The notes under the pieces: model-generated
Databases searched by the model: none
What the model was told of the DNA's origin: nothing
What the model saw: only the letters and a program-made list of their open reading frames with translations
From: Minisyncoccota bacterium
GTDB taxonomy: Bacteria; Patescibacteriota; Minisyncoccia; Phycocordibacterales; UBA2100
Direction: 5' to 3'
DNA: 32,574 nt
Assembly (NCBI GenBank): GCA_022842645.1
Contig: JALHPE010000005.1
Coordinates: 1 to 32,574, forward strand
Position numbers and translations under genes: made by a program
Shown here: one piece after another, positions 23,427 to 30,760 of the stretch
How positions within the stretch are numbered: position 1 is the stretch's first letter
Layout: each line of letters begins with the position of its first letter

Positions 23427-25526
23427 CTAGGCCAGGGCGCGGATGTCGCGCTCAAGTTCTTCTTCGAGTGCGGCACGCACTTTCGGCGTAATCATTTCAT
23501 GCTCAAGGAGTTCGTCGAGCACATGTTCTTCCACCTTCAAGACGCCACAGTGCGCAAGGCGCTCCGAAAGAGCGCGGGTGATTGCGGGATCTTTTTTCTC
23601 TGCGGCATCCATCTTGGCGCGTGCATCTGCTTTGAATCGAGCATAGATTTCTTCCGTGCGCGCAACAGCGGCGGCGGAGAAAATGCCATGGTGGCGGGCA
23701 GCTTTAATGCGCGCAATTTCTTTTTCTACCTTATGCGCGATGATGATGAGCGCGCGGTAATAGGTGTATTCGTCTGCGATGCGCGCTGCTTCCGTAGGAG
23801 CTCCATAGAGCATGGTGCGTATCCACCCGGCCACACGCTCAATGATATCTTCTCCCGGGGTGATATGAATCTCGGATGAATTAAGGTGGCGCTCGGCGTC
23901 TTCGGTGCGAATGGTGAGCTTATTGGCAATTCGCTTGTAGACGCGTTCAGAGACTTCGCCATGAAGGAGGAGATCTTTGAGCGATTCTTTCTCAATACCT
24001 AACACCCAGACGCGCAGTGCTGCTTCGGCGAGTTTTTCTTGTGCCCCCACCTTTGCACACTCGGCACTCGATTCTTGAAGACGTTTTTCATAGTGATTGC
24101 GGAGGGATGTGTACACAGACTCAGGGATATAGTTTTTCTCAGAGAACCGAGCAAGGCGTTCGAGCACGCGTGCATAGACGAGTGCGCGTGCCTCGTCATA
24201 TTCGGCGGTCTCAATTTCGCTGAGGCGGCCCACTTTGAGATACTGCATAAGGGGACCGATGGTCGTGGCTTTGAAAAAGAGCGTGACAAAAATACATCCG
24301 GTGGTGAATGCAAGAAGCGCTTCTGAGATGGGCATGGCGTGCTCCCAGCCAGGGAGTGTGAGACTTGCGGGAATAAGAAGCGCCATGGTGACAGCAAGCG
24401 CGCCGCGAAGTGAGCCCCACGCAAGGAGGTGTTGCCAGGCACGAGGAATGCGTCGCGCTTCCTCCGCGAATCGATTCCAGCCCCCGACGACGGGATAAAT
24501 GGAGAGTGCGCGGGCGAATGCAACAACAATAACTGCAATAAAGATTGGCACGAAAAGTTCGGGAGAAGAGAAGGGGAGCGACGAGGCGAGCATGCCAATC
24601 AGTATGAAAATAATGGAATTTGCGAGGAATGCCATTTGCCCCCAGAATTTTTCCACAAATTCCTCGGCACGCAGCGGCATTTTGGTTCTGCCGTAGTTCC
24701 CTAAGACCATTGCAGCGACCGTGGTGGCGGTGATTGCCGATAGGTGGATCTCAAAGCCACCAATGTGTGCGTGGTGGGAGATGAACTCCGAAAGGAGGAA
24801 GGTGACGTGTGCGAGGACTATGGTGAGAGTGATGGCTACCGATTCGCTGGAGCGTGCCCAACCGATCATTTTTGAAAAGACTCCTCCGATGATGAGGCCA
24901 AAGAGTGCGCCGCCGAGCATCATGACCGTAAACGAGACAACACCTTCAAGGGCGGTGTCGGAGGCGAATCCTCCCTTCAGGGCGAATTCGAGTGCGATTA
25001 AGAAGAGTGCAAAACCCGTAGCGTCATTAAAGAGGCTTTCCCCTTCAAAAAGAAGTGCGAGACGGCGCGGGGCGCCATATTCTTTAAAGAGCGCGAGCAC
25101 CGCGACGGGATCAGTTGCTGAAATGAGGGAGCCAAAAAGAAATGCGACGACGAAAGGAATGGGAAAGCCGACGAGTGGGAGGAAATAATATAGTCCCGCC
25201 GCAATCGTGAGTGCGGATATGAGAAGGCTTACGATTGAAAGCAGTGCCACGGGAACGGCGTCTTGTGTAAGGCGACGAATGCTGATGGCGTATGCCGATT
25301 CAAAAATGAGCGTTGGGAGGAATATGTAAAAGAGTAACTCTGGCGTGAGTTCGAGCGAACCGAGGAATGAAAGCGTGGGTATGTGAGAAAGGGCGGTAAG
25401 AAGCACGCCGATTGCAACGAGAATAACGCTATGAGGAACGCCACTTCTGCGTGCAACAAAAAAAGCTGCGCCAGAAACTGCAAATAGCACAAATACGAGT
25501 AAGACTGGGACAAGCGATAGCTCCAT
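23427..25526 (-). CDS. CPA1-family Na+(K+)/H+ antiporter with a long cytoplasmic C-terminal helical domain
   Basis: Multi-TM N-terminal part with SATDPVAVLALFKEYGAPRRLALLFEGESLFNDATG (CPA1 signature), followed by about 290 aa of soluble C-terminus. ATG 25526 (MELSLVPVLL) is preferred over the track start at 25586. Confidence 0.88.
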   Translation of the reverse strand: MELSLVPVLLVFVLFAVSGAAFFVARRSGVPHSVILVAIGVLLTALSHIPTLSFLGSLELTPELLFYIFLPTLIFESAYAISIRRLTQDAVPVALLSIVSLLISALTIAAGLYYFLPLVGFPIPFVVAFLFGSLISATDPVAVLALFKEYGAPRRLALLFEGESLFNDATGFALFLIALEFALKGGFASDTALEGVVSFTVMMLGGALFGLIIGGVFSKMIGWARSSESVAITLTIVLAHVTFLLSEFISHHAHIGGFEIHLSAITATTVAAMVLGNYGRTKMPLRAEEFVEKFWGQMAFLANSIIFILIGMLASSLPFSSPELFVPIFIAVIVVAFARALSIYPVVGGWNRFAEEARRIPRAWQHLLAWGSLRGALAVTMALLIPASLTLPGWEHAMPISEALLAFTTGCIFVTLFFKATTIGPLMQYLKVGRLSEIETAEYDEARALVYARVLERLARFSEKNYIPESVYTSLRNHYEKRLQESSAECAKVGAQEKLAEAALRVWVLGIEKESLKDLLLHGEVSERVYKRIANKLTIRTEDAERHLNSSEIHITPGEDIIERVAGWIRTMLYGAPTEAARIADEYTYYRALIIIAHKVEKEIARIKAARHHGIFSAAAVARTEEIYARFKADARAKMDAAEKKDPAITRALSERLAHCGVLKVEEHVLDELLEHEMITPKVRAALEEELERDIRALA

Positions 25527-25626
25527 GAAAGATGCTACAGCAGGTGCGAGGTGCACTCTGTGAATACAGAGTTCATCAGGGCACATGCTTTAGCGCGGCA
25601 TTATGGTACTCCTCGCGTGAATATGT

Positions 25627-25664
25627 GTCAAAAATAAAGAGGTGCGATCTTTCGATCGCACCCC
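25627..25664 (-). terminator. rho-independent terminator (minus strand)
   Basis: ggtgcgatc (25641-25649) pairs with gatcgcacc (25654-25662). On the minus strand the stem is followed by tctttatttttg. Confidence 0.7.
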
Positions 25665-25672
25665 CATGCCGT

Positions 25673-26338
25673 CTAGGCGGCAAGTGCCGAACCCCAGAAT
25701 TGCTCCCAGAGCCGATGTGTTTGTTCCGATCGGTACTGAGGAGCGCTGAGCCAGTCCTGTGTGAACTTCACACATTCCGGTGATTCCCATGCCTTGCGGT
25801 TAAAGAAGTAACTTCTCCGCGCGCCGTCGGGCCACTGGATATGCATCCAAAGGTGACACGCGTCGAGCGTGATACCGGCTTCATGTGCGTAGGTGCGAAC
25901 TCGATGCTTGGCACGGACGTAGTGATCGAGTGCCTCTGGCGCCGAGATGTTGTTGCCTCGTGCTTTTCCGCACGGTGCATGACCATACAAGACCACGGTA
26001 TCGATACCCTTGATCGCCTTTCCTTCGAAGGTGTGCCGCAAGAGTACATCGCCATCGGAACGCATCTCTGCTGGTACTTGGTCGGAAAGAAGTAGTGGGC
26101 CACCATTGAGCGCTGGACTGTGGTGACACTTGTCCGGGCACCCGCAGACGTTTCGGTGATGCGTCAGAAGGTCGTGGAGCTGATCGCCATCTGCGCACGG
26201 CACAATGACGGATCCTTTCTGCACAGCATCTCGTATGGCGTCGGGTGCAAGATCGGTAAAGACGCCGAACTCCATTCGCATTAGTTTCAGGAACACGATG
26301 TCCTCGCGGACTTCGGGTTTTTCAAACGATTTTGGCAT
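25673..26338 (-). CDS. hypothetical Cys/His-rich protein (221 aa) with a beta-carbonic-anhydrase-like motif order
   Basis: VPCADGDQLH ... SPALNGGPL ... VVLYGHAPCGKA appear in the same order as in the 134-aa paralog at 26717-27121. There is an extra CGCPDKCHH cluster. SD GAGGG precedes the ATG. Confidence 0.6.
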   Translation of the reverse strand: MPKSFEKPEVREDIVFLKLMRMEFGVFTDLAPDAIRDAVQKGSVIVPCADGDQLHDLLTHHRNVCGCPDKCHHSPALNGGPLLLSDQVPAEMRSDGDVLLRHTFEGKAIKGIDTVVLYGHAPCGKARGNNISAPEALDHYVRAKHRVRTYAHEAGITLDACHLWMHIQWPDGARRSYFFNRKAWESPECVKFTQDWLSAPQYRSEQTHRLWEQFWGSALAA

Positions 26339-26435
26339 TGGACCCTCATTCGTTGTAGAGACTCTAAAAGAACGAGCCTGCGCTATCCTACTCTTACGAG
26401 TGAGATCCGCAAGCTAAGGGAAGTGGACAAGAGAG

Positions 26436-26464
26436 CGGGCGGTCTCTAAGAGAAACCGCCCGCA
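26436..26464 (-). terminator. stem-loop after the 62-aa gene
   Basis: gcgggcggt (26436-26444) pairs with accgcccgc (26456-26464). On the minus strand the stem is followed by tctcttgtcc. Confidence 0.5.
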
Positions 26465-26468
26465 GACG

Positions 26469-26657
26469 CTAGCGCATTTGCTGTGCGAAGACGGTCGCCG
26501 CATCATCCCAATCAAGTGGCATGCCGAGGCGAGCCTTCATTCTCACTGTTGCTTCACGACGTTCAAGTCGATCGGCAACGTCACTGCGTCGGTAAGGGTT
26601 CTTCACAGCTGCCACGATGGCAGCTGCGAGAAGCAGAAGTCCAAAGATTTCGTGCAT
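26469..26657 (-). CDS. small single-pass membrane protein (62 aa)
   Basis: Perfect SD AAGGAGG lies 6 nt upstream of the ATG. The N-terminal helix is IFGLLLLAAAIVAAV. Confidence 0.55.
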   Translation of the reverse strand: MHEIFGLLLLAAAIVAAVKNPYRRSDVADRLERREATVRMKARLGMPLDWDDAATVFAQQMR

Positions 26658-26716
26658 GGTTCACCTCCTTGCCAAGGGTACACTTTTCGTGGCGTAAATG
26701 CAAGGGGGGATTGGGG

Positions 26717-27121
26717 CTAGAAACGAGCAACCTCTTTTAGCCCCCATTCCGCGTCTGAGGCGTAGGTGGCAACAAGAGCCATTACGGAGCCGGTGAAGCC
26801 GGTGCGTGCTTTCACGAGTTGCGCTACCTCGCTTGCATCAAGATCGTGCTCGTCATCAGATACCGGATGTCCTGCACAGTTCTGGTGTCCCATAATAATA
26901 AGTACTGAGGGATTTTTTGCTCCTATAAGCAGTACAAAATCATCAATAAGCGCTTCGAAGTGCGCTTGTGGCTTCTTATGAACACCGTTTGGTCCTGGTT
27001 TTGCAATGAGATAGATATGGTCGATCCCAAGAAGTTCCGCGGCTCTTTCCGTGATGCGTACCTCAGGACGATGGAGACGCGCATCTGAACAAATAAGTCC
27101 TACCGCAATACTATGTGACAT
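26717..27121 (-). CDS. hypothetical beta-carbonic-anhydrase-like protein (134 aa)
   Basis: LICSDARLH ... IAKPGPNGV ... LIIMGHQNCAGH match the CxDxR / NAGN-like / GHxxC(G/A) order of beta-CA zinc-site motifs. The start is set at ATG 27121 because the longer track start (27190) lies directly against the upstream terminator. Confidence 0.55.
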   Translation of the reverse strand: MSHSIAVGLICSDARLHRPEVRITERAAELLGIDHIYLIAKPGPNGVHKKPQAHFEALIDDFVLLIGAKNPSVLIIMGHQNCAGHPVSDDEHDLDASEVAQLVKARTGFTGSVMALVATYASDAEWGLKEVARF

Positions 27122-27152
27122 AGGTGAGTGTGATGAATATGAAAACCTCGGA

Positions 27153-27180
27153 AGTATACTCAGATGACTGCGTAACGCAA
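27153..27180 (-). promoter_or_regulatory. candidate promoter TTGCGT-N16-TATACT (minus strand)
   Basis: TTGCGT is the reverse complement of 27175-27180. TATACT is the reverse complement of 27153-27158. It lies between the terminator and ATG 27121. Confidence 0.45.
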
Positions 27181-27194
27181 ATCGTGACATGAAT

Positions 27195-27225
27195 AAAAAA
27201 CGCCGTAGCTCTTCGAGCTACGGCG
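27195..27225 (-). terminator. rho-independent terminator (minus strand)
   Basis: cgccgtagct (27201-27210) pairs with agctacggcg (27216-27225). On the minus strand the stem is followed by ttttttatt. Confidence 0.75.
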
Positions 27226-27229
27226 CGAC

Positions 27230-27445
27230 TTATGCGGGCGAGCGCATGATGCCGAGTTGGCGAGCGAGAGTTCGTGCGTTTTTGACACATCCCCACGCCC
27301 AGACTGTTTCTCGCATCTCGAGCCACTGTTCAGCAAACGAAAGGTCTTCAAAGAGGCAGGGCGCATATGCACCGGTTGTCTTTGTCCAATCTTCTGCTCG
27401 ATAGCGTAAGCGCTCGAGATACTTTCGCACACGTTGTTCGTTCAT
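27230..27445 (-). CDS. hypothetical small protein (71 aa)
   Basis: Perfect SD AAGGAGG precedes ATG 27445 (MNEQRVRKYLERL...). A terminator follows immediately after the stop. The track ORF extends to 27568 without support. Confidence 0.6.
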   Translation of the reverse strand: MNEQRVRKYLERLRYRAEDWTKTTGAYAPCLFEDLSFAEQWLEMRETVWAWGCVKNARTLARQLGIMRSPA

Positions 27446-27500
27446 CAGATCCTCCTTTCGTGGCGTGCATACAGGATGACATGCCTTTAAGAAATACGTA

Positions 27501-27529
27501 ACCCCGCGCCTGTAGTACAAGCGCGGGGT
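27501..27529 (-). terminator. stem-loop after the 122-aa gene
   Basis: accccgcgc (27501-27509) pairs with gcgcggggt (27521-27529). On the minus strand the stem is followed by tacgtatttctt. Confidence 0.45.
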
Positions 27530-27537
27530 CTTGGTTC

Positions 27538-27906
27538 TTAGAGACGATCTGCAATCTCGAAGAACCACTCGCCTATCTTATAGAGCCCGCGGCGAATACG
27601 AGCTCGGAAACCAGTCCGTGATCCTGTTTTACCATTGGGCCGCATGTGTCGGAGTTCTTCGATAGAAAAAACTCCCGCCGCATACAGCAATCCTTCCGCG
27701 AAACCAAACACATGAATTGAACGCAAGAGGTATCCGTCGAATGCAAGTCGCGCCGCTTTATTGAAAAGAAATATCGCGTGCGATACAAGTTCTTCAGGAT
27801 TTCCTGTGCTACGTTTTGCGTAATTTGGTTCTTTTGGTGTAGCGTTTGGTATTCGTGTCGCGTGCCGTTGGGACAGGGCACGGATTTGTGCAAGTCTTAA
27901 AGCCAT
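27538..27906 (-). CDS. hypothetical protein (122 aa)
   Basis: SD GGAGGG lies 5 nt before ATG 27906. No recognisable domain. There is a hydrophobic central segment (IHVFGFAEGLLYAAGVF). Confidence 0.55.
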   Translation of the reverse strand: MALRLAQIRALSQRHATRIPNATPKEPNYAKRSTGNPEELVSHAIFLFNKAARLAFDGYLLRSIHVFGFAEGLLYAAGVFSIEELRHMRPNGKTGSRTGFRARIRRGLYKIGEWFFEIADRL

Positions 27907-27987
27907 CAAACCCTCCGCTTTTTAGACCGTAAGTATTATACCATTTTTAAAAATATACACAATTCGTACACAGCGGGGTGTAATACG

Positions 27988-27993
27988 TATACT
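27988..27993 (+). promoter_or_regulatory. -10-like TATACT ending 6 nt before the nuclease ATG
   Basis: TATACT at 27988-27993 and ATG at 28000. No convincing -35 element. Confidence 0.3.
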
Positions 27994-27999
27994 GCTTGT

Positions 28000-28875
28000 A
28001 TGTCGCGCGAAACGAGTGCAAAGGATGATCAGCACACATTGTCAAAGAAGAAGCTACCGCCTCGTGAATACCGTGGGAAACTCCCGATAGCGTACTGGAG
28101 TCATTCGTCCTTGATGGCGTATTTAAGGAACCCACTTGCTTGGTATAAGCGGTATGTTGAGCATGTGTACGACACACCTTCATCTCCCGCGGGAATCATT
28201 GGGCGGGCGGGGCACGTGGCGCTCCAGCATTTTTATGGCGGTATTGCAAAAGACGGCGCGATTGAGCTTGGACTTGAGAACCTGCGTACCGTTGGTGACT
28301 TTGAAGTGAATTTTGGTGTGGCGAAAACCAGAAAGGCGCAGAGGGAGAAGCGCCTTAGTATGGAACGAGAATATCTCCAAGCTATTGGTTTTTATCTTGC
28401 ACGGCCACCGCACTACGACATTATTGGTATTGAGGTGAAAGGTATGACAAAGGTCCCTGGACTTCCGCTTCCCTTAAAAGCAGTTTCAGATCTGGTGGTG
28501 CGCTCAAAAACAAATCCGCGCGAGATCGACATCGTTGACCACAAATTCGTGGATTCATTTAGCGGTATGGGTGCATCGAAAACATTATTTGTCATTCAGG
28601 CGATTTTTAATTACTACACGGTGCAAGCGCAGTATGGGAGGCCGGTGGGGAAGTTTATTCTCCACGAATGCAAGAAGCGCAAGAATGCGGATGGGAAAAG
28701 TCAGATGCGAAAATACGTTATTGATTTCTCAGAGTGTGCCGAAGAATTTGTCATCTTCAAACGTCTCATTAAAGACGCAACGAACGATCTTGGTCGCAGA
28801 AAGGTGTTTTTGCCGAACCCGTCGGACATGTTTGAAGGGGAACATTCGTTTGATATCTACCGCATGGGACTGTAA
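28000..28875 (+). CDS. PD-(D/E)xK nuclease, RecB/Cas4-like exonuclease family (291 aa)
   Basis: WSHSSLMAYLRNPLAWYKRYV (N-terminal helix motif), GRAGHVALQ, GIEVKG...AVSDLVV...IDIVDHKF (D...D/ExK core) and VIQAIFNYY (QxxxY) are present. The C-terminal 4-Cys cluster typical of Cas4 is absent. Confidence 0.75.
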   Translation: MSRETSAKDDQHTLSKKKLPPREYRGKLPIAYWSHSSLMAYLRNPLAWYKRYVEHVYDTPSSPAGIIGRAGHVALQHFYGGIAKDGAIELGLENLRTVGDFEVNFGVAKTRKAQREKRLSMEREYLQAIGFYLARPPHYDIIGIEVKGMTKVPGLPLPLKAVSDLVVRSKTNPREIDIVDHKFVDSFSGMGASKTLFVIQAIFNYYTVQAQYGRPVGKFILHECKKRKNADGKSQMRKYVIDFSECAEEFVIFKRLIKDATNDLGRRKVFLPNPSDMFEGEHSFDIYRMGL

Positions 28876-28962
28876 AACATTGGTTGCGCAGGCTGGAAGT
28901 GGGTATATAGTGGCGCCAGAAACCACCCACGAGAGGGCGGCAGTAAGAATGCCGTATACAAC

Positions 28963-29277
28963 ATGCATAGTGGATACGTATTCTTCGGTTTTGGTGTGCT
29001 GTTTATGTGCGCGCTTTACACAGTCTTACGCTCTCCGCCAAGGAGCGAATGGAGGTTTGCGAGCACCGCAACGACAGCAACGATCTTTGTGTTGGCGCAG
29101 CTTTTTATCCTGGATAGCAGGATGCTCTCGAGTACTTCTTCGTCAGGAGGAATACTTGGTTTGAGTTATATTCCCCACGAAATCGAGTGTCTTGCGCTTG
29201 GGATGCTTGTGACTCTCGGTGCTATCCAGATGTCTCTCGCCAAGAAAAACAAACAGCAAAAAACGCGCCTCGTATGA
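28963..29277 (+). CDS. hypothetical membrane protein (104 aa, about 3 TM helices)
   Basis: Hydrophobic segments VFFGFGVLFMCALYTVL, TIFVLAQLFIL and CLALGMLVTLGAI. It ends inside a strong terminator. Confidence 0.5.
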   Translation: MHSGYVFFGFGVLFMCALYTVLRSPPRSEWRFASTATTATIFVLAQLFILDSRMLSSTSSSGGILGLSYIPHEIECLALGMLVTLGAIQMSLAKKNKQQKTRLV

Positions 29278-29290
29278 GGCGCGTTTTTCT
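29258..29290. terminator. bidirectional rho-independent terminator
   Basis: cgcgcctc (29264-29271) pairs with gaggcgcg (29276-29283), flanked by A6 on the left and T5 on the right. It lies between convergent genes. Confidence 0.75.
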
Positions 29291-29310
29291 TACACTCACC
29301 AGTAAATAGT

Positions 29311-30081
29311 TTAGAGAAGCGAATCGATGAGCCCCTTCACGACATCATACGGCTGAGCGCCTTCGAGGGGGATTTGTTCACCATCGACGATAACAATGGA
29401 GTGTGGGGTGCCGCCGCCGCCTGCTGCAACAACTTCTGCCTGATCCTCGTTCACTCGTTCTGCCATGCGGCCGGAAGTGAGGCACTCCTCAAACTTTGCG
29501 ACGTCAAGTCCGAGCTCTTTAGCAAAATCAGAGAGTTTGCCAGCGTCGGTCGCTGAGCGTGGGGTTGCTTGCGTGTAGTAGGGCTTGCCGTCGGGACCAA
29601 GTGGCACTTCTTTTGGATTGTTATGTACGCCAATATCGAGAGAATTATTTGCGTTTGTGCGCTCATAGAGCATGTCGGTGAACTTCCAGAACATATCGTT
29701 TCCGCCTTGTTCCGAAGCGCATTCAAGTGCTTCTGCTTGCTTTTGAGCCTTCGGGTGAAGCGATGGAATGGGGAAGTGGCGGTAGACCCATGCCACATCG
29801 CCCGAAGCACCGTATTCATTTACGATGCGCTTCATTGTTTCGTGGAATTGCTTACAGAATGGGCACTCGGTATCCGAGAATTCAACAATGACGATCTTTG
29901 CGTTCGGGTTGCCACGGATGTGGTCATCAGACTGTGGACCACGAATTTCTTCTGCTACCGCTGCTTGAGGTGCGCCGCCGGCTGCTGGTGCTTTTGACTG
30001 CACAAGGAAGAGGGACGCCGCGATCATGCCGCCAGCAATAACGATTGCGATAGGAACTGCAAGTTTTTGAAGGGTTTCCAT
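29311..30081 (-). CDS. DsbA-like thiol:disulfide oxidoreductase (membrane-anchored thioredoxin fold)
   Basis: N-terminal anchor LAVPIAIVIAGGMIAASLFLV and the active site FSDTECPFCKQFH (CxxC). Confidence 0.85.
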   Translation of the reverse strand: METLQKLAVPIAIVIAGGMIAASLFLVQSKAPAAGGAPQAAVAEEIRGPQSDDHIRGNPNAKIVIVEFSDTECPFCKQFHETMKRIVNEYGASGDVAWVYRHFPIPSLHPKAQKQAEALECASEQGGNDMFWKFTDMLYERTNANNSLDIGVHNNPKEVPLGPDGKPYYTQATPRSATDAGKLSDFAKELGLDVAKFEECLTSGRMAERVNEDQAEVVAAGGGGTPHSIVIVDGEQIPLEGAQPYDVVKGLIDSLL

Positions 30082-30103
30082 AAGGGAGAAGTATGTTGTA
30101 TCT

Positions 30104-30142
30104 GGTATTTTGTATTTAGTATAAAATTCAATACAAGATACC
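30104..30142. repeat. AT-rich 13-bp inverted repeat in the exonuclease-dsbA spacer
   Basis: ggtattttgtatt (30104-30116) pairs with aatacaagatacc (30130-30142) including one G-T pair, with a 13-nt loop. Confidence 0.4.
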
Positions 30143-30169
30143 CTATACTATATACGACATACGGGCATT

Positions 30170-30742
30170 TTAAAATCCGAGGGTTTTTGTTAGGGCACTT
30201 TGCGCCGAAACCGTCAACCACTTAGAAGTGTCGAGTTTGACCTCTTTTTTGATGCCGAGTTCTTTAAATTTGAGAAGGTTGTTTTCGAGTGCGTAATCGA
30301 GCACTTTTTTCGTGATTTCCACGTCTTTGAGGCAGTAGGCGCGGAGTTTCTCGATGTTGCCCTCTTTCCACCACTGGATCGCTTGAAGGCCCGAACCGTT
30401 CTTTTTGAGCCCGAGCGTGCCCTCGGCGATTGCGTCGAGCTTCACGCGGCGACCGAGCGAGGCCGCAATCTCTTTGAGGAGATCGAGCGAGCGGATTTTG
30501 GTGAGGTCTCCTGGGTAGTATTTGTTGAGGACTGGAATATCGAAGTGATCGGAATTAAATCCGACGAGAATATCGGTCGATTCGAGAATCTTCCAAAGCT
30601 GCGGCAATTCTTCTTTTAAGTATGAATAATACGAATCGGTTTCGGAATCATGGATGCAGCAGATGGTGAGCTCTAAATCTTCCGGCTTCCACGGCCCGCG
30701 CATGTCGCCGTAGGTTTCAATATCGAATGTAACGATACGCAT
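30170..30742 (-). CDS. DEDD-type 3'-5' exonuclease (RNase H-like fold)
   Basis: MRIVTFDIETYG (ExoI DxE), LVGFNSDHFDIPVL (ExoII) and RAYCLKDVEITKKV (ExoIII YxxxD) are present. It starts 18 nt after the hisS stop. Confidence 0.8.
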   Translation of the reverse strand: MRIVTFDIETYGDMRGPWKPEDLELTICCIHDSETDSYYSYLKEELPQLWKILESTDILVGFNSDHFDIPVLNKYYPGDLTKIRSLDLLKEIAASLGRRVKLDAIAEGTLGLKKNGSGLQAIQWWKEGNIEKLRAYCLKDVEITKKVLDYALENNLLKFKELGIKKEVKLDTSKWLTVSAQSALTKTLGF

Positions 30743-30760
30743 TCGCGGAAGTATAGCAAA

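Noticed and set aside
23427-25586. Multiple plus-strand ORFs (for example 23421-23879 and 24721-25188) and alternative minus-frame ORFs inside the antiporter gene.
   Set aside because: The 699-aa frame has a clear CPA1 signature and continuous TM-helix periodicity. The others are embedded shadow frames with no signals.
25527-25640. Antiporter promoter call from TTGACA (reverse complement of 25627-25632) with CATAAT.
   Set aside because: The spacer to CATAAT is 20 nt, and the 17-nt alternative gives a poor -10 (TACCAT). This is too ambiguous to list as a feature, although a promoter must lie somewhere in this spacer.
27122-27190. Longer 157-aa version of the beta-CA-like ORF, starting at 27190.
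   Set aside because: That ATG sits immediately after the T-tract of a strong minus-strand terminator (27195-27225). The candidate promoter TTGCGT-N16-TATACT lies inside the proposed extension, whose translation (SRFALRSHLSILPRFSYSSHSP) is low-complexity.
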